A DNA stretch of 22,548 nucleotides from Octopus sinensis (Eukaryota): NCBI RefSeq assembly GCF_006345805.1, contig NW_021836791.1, forward strand, positions 1-22,548. The letters run 5' to 3'. The position numbers and the translations under genes are program-made. Below the pieces are notes generated by a model that was given only the letters and a program-made list of their open reading frames with translations, searched no databases and was not told where the DNA came from. Below, in pieces: positions 20,239-22,548 of this stretch. Within the stretch, counting starts at the first letter, position 1. Each line of letters opens with the position of its first letter.

Positions 20239-20409
20239 GGTTACCAACCAGTGGTTTGCGTTCCACTCCACGACTACTAATATCGGTGGCCCGACCGCTG
20301 TTACTATCTTTGTGAATATTCAATACTCACTAGTCGGCTTTTGTTGTTAAGCCCAAGTAAGCACTGACCGAGCAGTCCTGTTCCAAAGACATTCTGGGTG
20401 TCAGTGCGT

Positions 20410-20545
20410 GGAGGTGCATGACCGTAAGATTGAGGTTTCGATTCCTTGACCGGACAATTCGTTCTGCTCTTGAGTAAATCATTTCATTTCACGTTGTTTC
20501 AATCAGATGGCAAAAGTGAGTAATTCCTCGATGGACCAGTGTCAC
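20410..20545 (+). mobile_element. Highly degenerate family C-like SINE remnant
   Basis: catgaccgtaagattgaggtttcgattcc...ctcttgagtaaatcatttcatttcacgttg...ggcaaaagtgagt parallels 19265-19380. Confidence 0.5.
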
Positions 20546-20828
20546 GCCCGGGAGATGGAGAATATATGCCGGGAAACCGTCTCTATGAGTCTGTATGACT
20601 AGGAGAGGATCTTTACGTAGAAATCTTTACGTAGAAATGCATAAATCAAACTGTCCTTCCATTTGTAATTTGAGGGAGATTCGTTGCTATTTTTTGGATA
20701 TTCAGCGATTACATGGAACAACAGTTTCCAACTGTTTCACTACTTTCCAAAAATCCCTTTTGTTTAAATGCGTTTTCCTACTGACACCAGGTTTTTACAG
20801 GATCTATGTCCCCAGTTAGTTTTATTAA

Positions 20829-22548
20829 CCCATATTCTCCTGAATTCTTTTTTTTTATCCAATTTGAACGAAACTTAATAGTTATGTTTTATATGTTACA
20901 CGGACACCTTACAGAAAATATAACCGAGAAAAGTTTTTCGCTTTTGAAATAATGTGTGTGCCATATATGACACCCTAGTAGAATATGAGTACAATTTAAG
21001 TATTTTGTATTGAATAAACGAATAAAAGAAAATGTTCACAATACAATTACAAACCAATATCTTTGGCACAAATCGTTGTTTTATCACTCTTCCACATAGG
21101 GCGACAGGTACATACAGCATAGAGTTACAAGCTACTGTCTAATATATAAATCCTTGTTTTTATACCAGCATTAGCTTATTTCGTGTGGTATAATGTAAAA
21201 CATGACAAGCATAGTCCTAAGTTGCACTTGCATTAAAGATCTAACCACACAGTTATCTTCCATACATCTTCGTCTTTTACCATTAGGGGTTTTTGCAACC
21301 AAATGATCTTGACCCTCGAAACGCATATCGATTCCGCAAGGCTGTCTGATTGGTTTTCTTCCACGTCCTTTGGGCTTACCTTGAAATCTTTTCAAATGGG
21401 ACATAACTATCTCCTGCTTAAACTCAAGCTGATTCATACTTGATCCACATGTTTTATGAATTTGCCAAGCATTTTGAATAGCAGCATCTAGCAATCAAGT
21501 AAAAGTGCTAAGCCCTCTCTTTTCCCCACATTTACTCGCACTATACACATTTATGTTCTGATTGATAAGCTCAGCGCCGCCGATAAAAAATATTGTAGCT
21601 TTCGATTGCGTTGGGAATAGACACATTTACTCTCTTTTTTCTTTGACATGCGCTCCACTTGTTAACAAATTCTTTTGGTTGATCACTATTATGGGTTGAC
21701 ACCAGTGTTACAGCAGCATTATCTAGCCATTGAATAATATTGAGTGTCGTCTTTTCTTGTTTATTTTCAATTGAATATGCCTCCAAATATTCCTGTTCTT
21801 GCTTTTTAACACGAGTGACCGACAATAGCGGACACTGTTTTCAAAGCCGATTTCTTCTTACAGTTCCAGCAGCATTATAACCCAAACTGACCAATCTTTC
21901 AAATAAGGATAAATAGATTGTCCATATATATAGGATAAGGTAATTCTCTTTTTTTCCCTCGATATTACTCAAGATGATGCAATACTGATGCAGCACATTT
22001 GCCATAATTCGTTTCATCTGACTCATTCCTTTGGTATGTTTTTCCCTGTTAGAGATCAAAGACAATTAGATATCAAGTAGAGGAATCTTGGCACCAAATC
22101 TTATATCCGAATCTTATTGGCTTGTTTCTTATACAATGTTTGCATCCGTGTTTCCCAAAGTACTCGAGCATCACTCCATCATGCAAAATATGCAGCGTTG
22201 TTATATAAAATATTGCAAAATTTTTTTTTGTAAATGTGTAATTAGTGGTCTTAGTATATTCATCACTTGTGTTCAAGCTTTCATTATCTCAAAAATGGAG
22301 GCGTTGTATGATTAAATCAAGTCGATCCCTTCTCATAGCTTTATACACAGCCACATTTCTCAAGTCGTCACTGGCCGCCCAGAAGTGTGCTTTATTTGGC
22401 AATGGATTATAGCCTGATACTATCAAAATAGCAAAAGAATACTTTAAATTTTTCTTTATTTCATTTTTGGATTTGGTTTGCAAGATTCTTTATGTGAGTT
22501 CGTGTGTTGAAGAATATTCCATTTTGTCTGGGGGAGAGTCATTCTCTT
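20829..22548 (-). mobile_element. piggyBac DNA transposon, 3' portion (runs off the window end)
   Basis: TTAA (20825-20828) followed by CCCATATTCTCCTGAATT as the putative TIR, ~350 bp beyond the transposase stop. Confidence 0.75.
21176..22548 (-). pseudogene. piggyBac transposase (PGBD2/PGBD3-like), multiple stops and frameshifts
   Basis: SGYNPLPNKAHFW...LRNVAVYKAMRRDR; [31 protein letters not shown]; frameshifted YMDNLF; GYNAAGTVRRNR; WLDNAAVTLVST; IPNAIESYN..IGGAELINQN; LLDAAIQNAW; Cys-rich tail RRRCMEDNC...CKCNLGLCLSCFTLYHTK* with stop at 21176-21178. Confidence 0.92.

Noticed and set aside
20609-20636. 14-bp tandem duplication atctttacgtagaa
   Set aside because: Ordinary slippage duplication.
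1-22548. CRISPR-like or prokaryotic system
   Set aside because: The repeats are long SINE/MITE copies without repeat-spacer periodicity; there are no operons, cas-like ORFs or bacterial gene density.

Overview
This is AT-rich, repeat-dense eukaryotic DNA. The SINE families resemble those I recall from Octopus genomes; this is inference, not a database result. There is no intact protein-coding gene, true tRNA/rRNA or CRISPR array, and nearly all supplied ORFs are microsatellite or repeat artefacts. Decayed transposons recognisable from protein motifs: a DD37D (maT-type) Tc1/mariner transposase (~2.9-3.5 kb), a Penelope-like GIY-YIG fragment with a degenerate hammerhead-ribozyme motif (~7.45-8.31 kb), a mariner C-terminal fragment (~13.7 kb) and a piggyBac transposase pseudogene with a TTAA end (20.8 kb to window end). 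There are also three tRNA-headed SINE families, three kinds of MITE and many microsatellites. The most interesting leads are a candidate 24-nt microexon that would encode an Akt/14-3-3 motif (18607-18630), a pre-miRNA-like hairpin (18138-18225), an orphan histone H4 C-terminal fragment (17325-17390), a young ~240-bp inverted duplication (4766-5002/5595-5842) and two inverted SINEs sharing a near-identical 5' flank.
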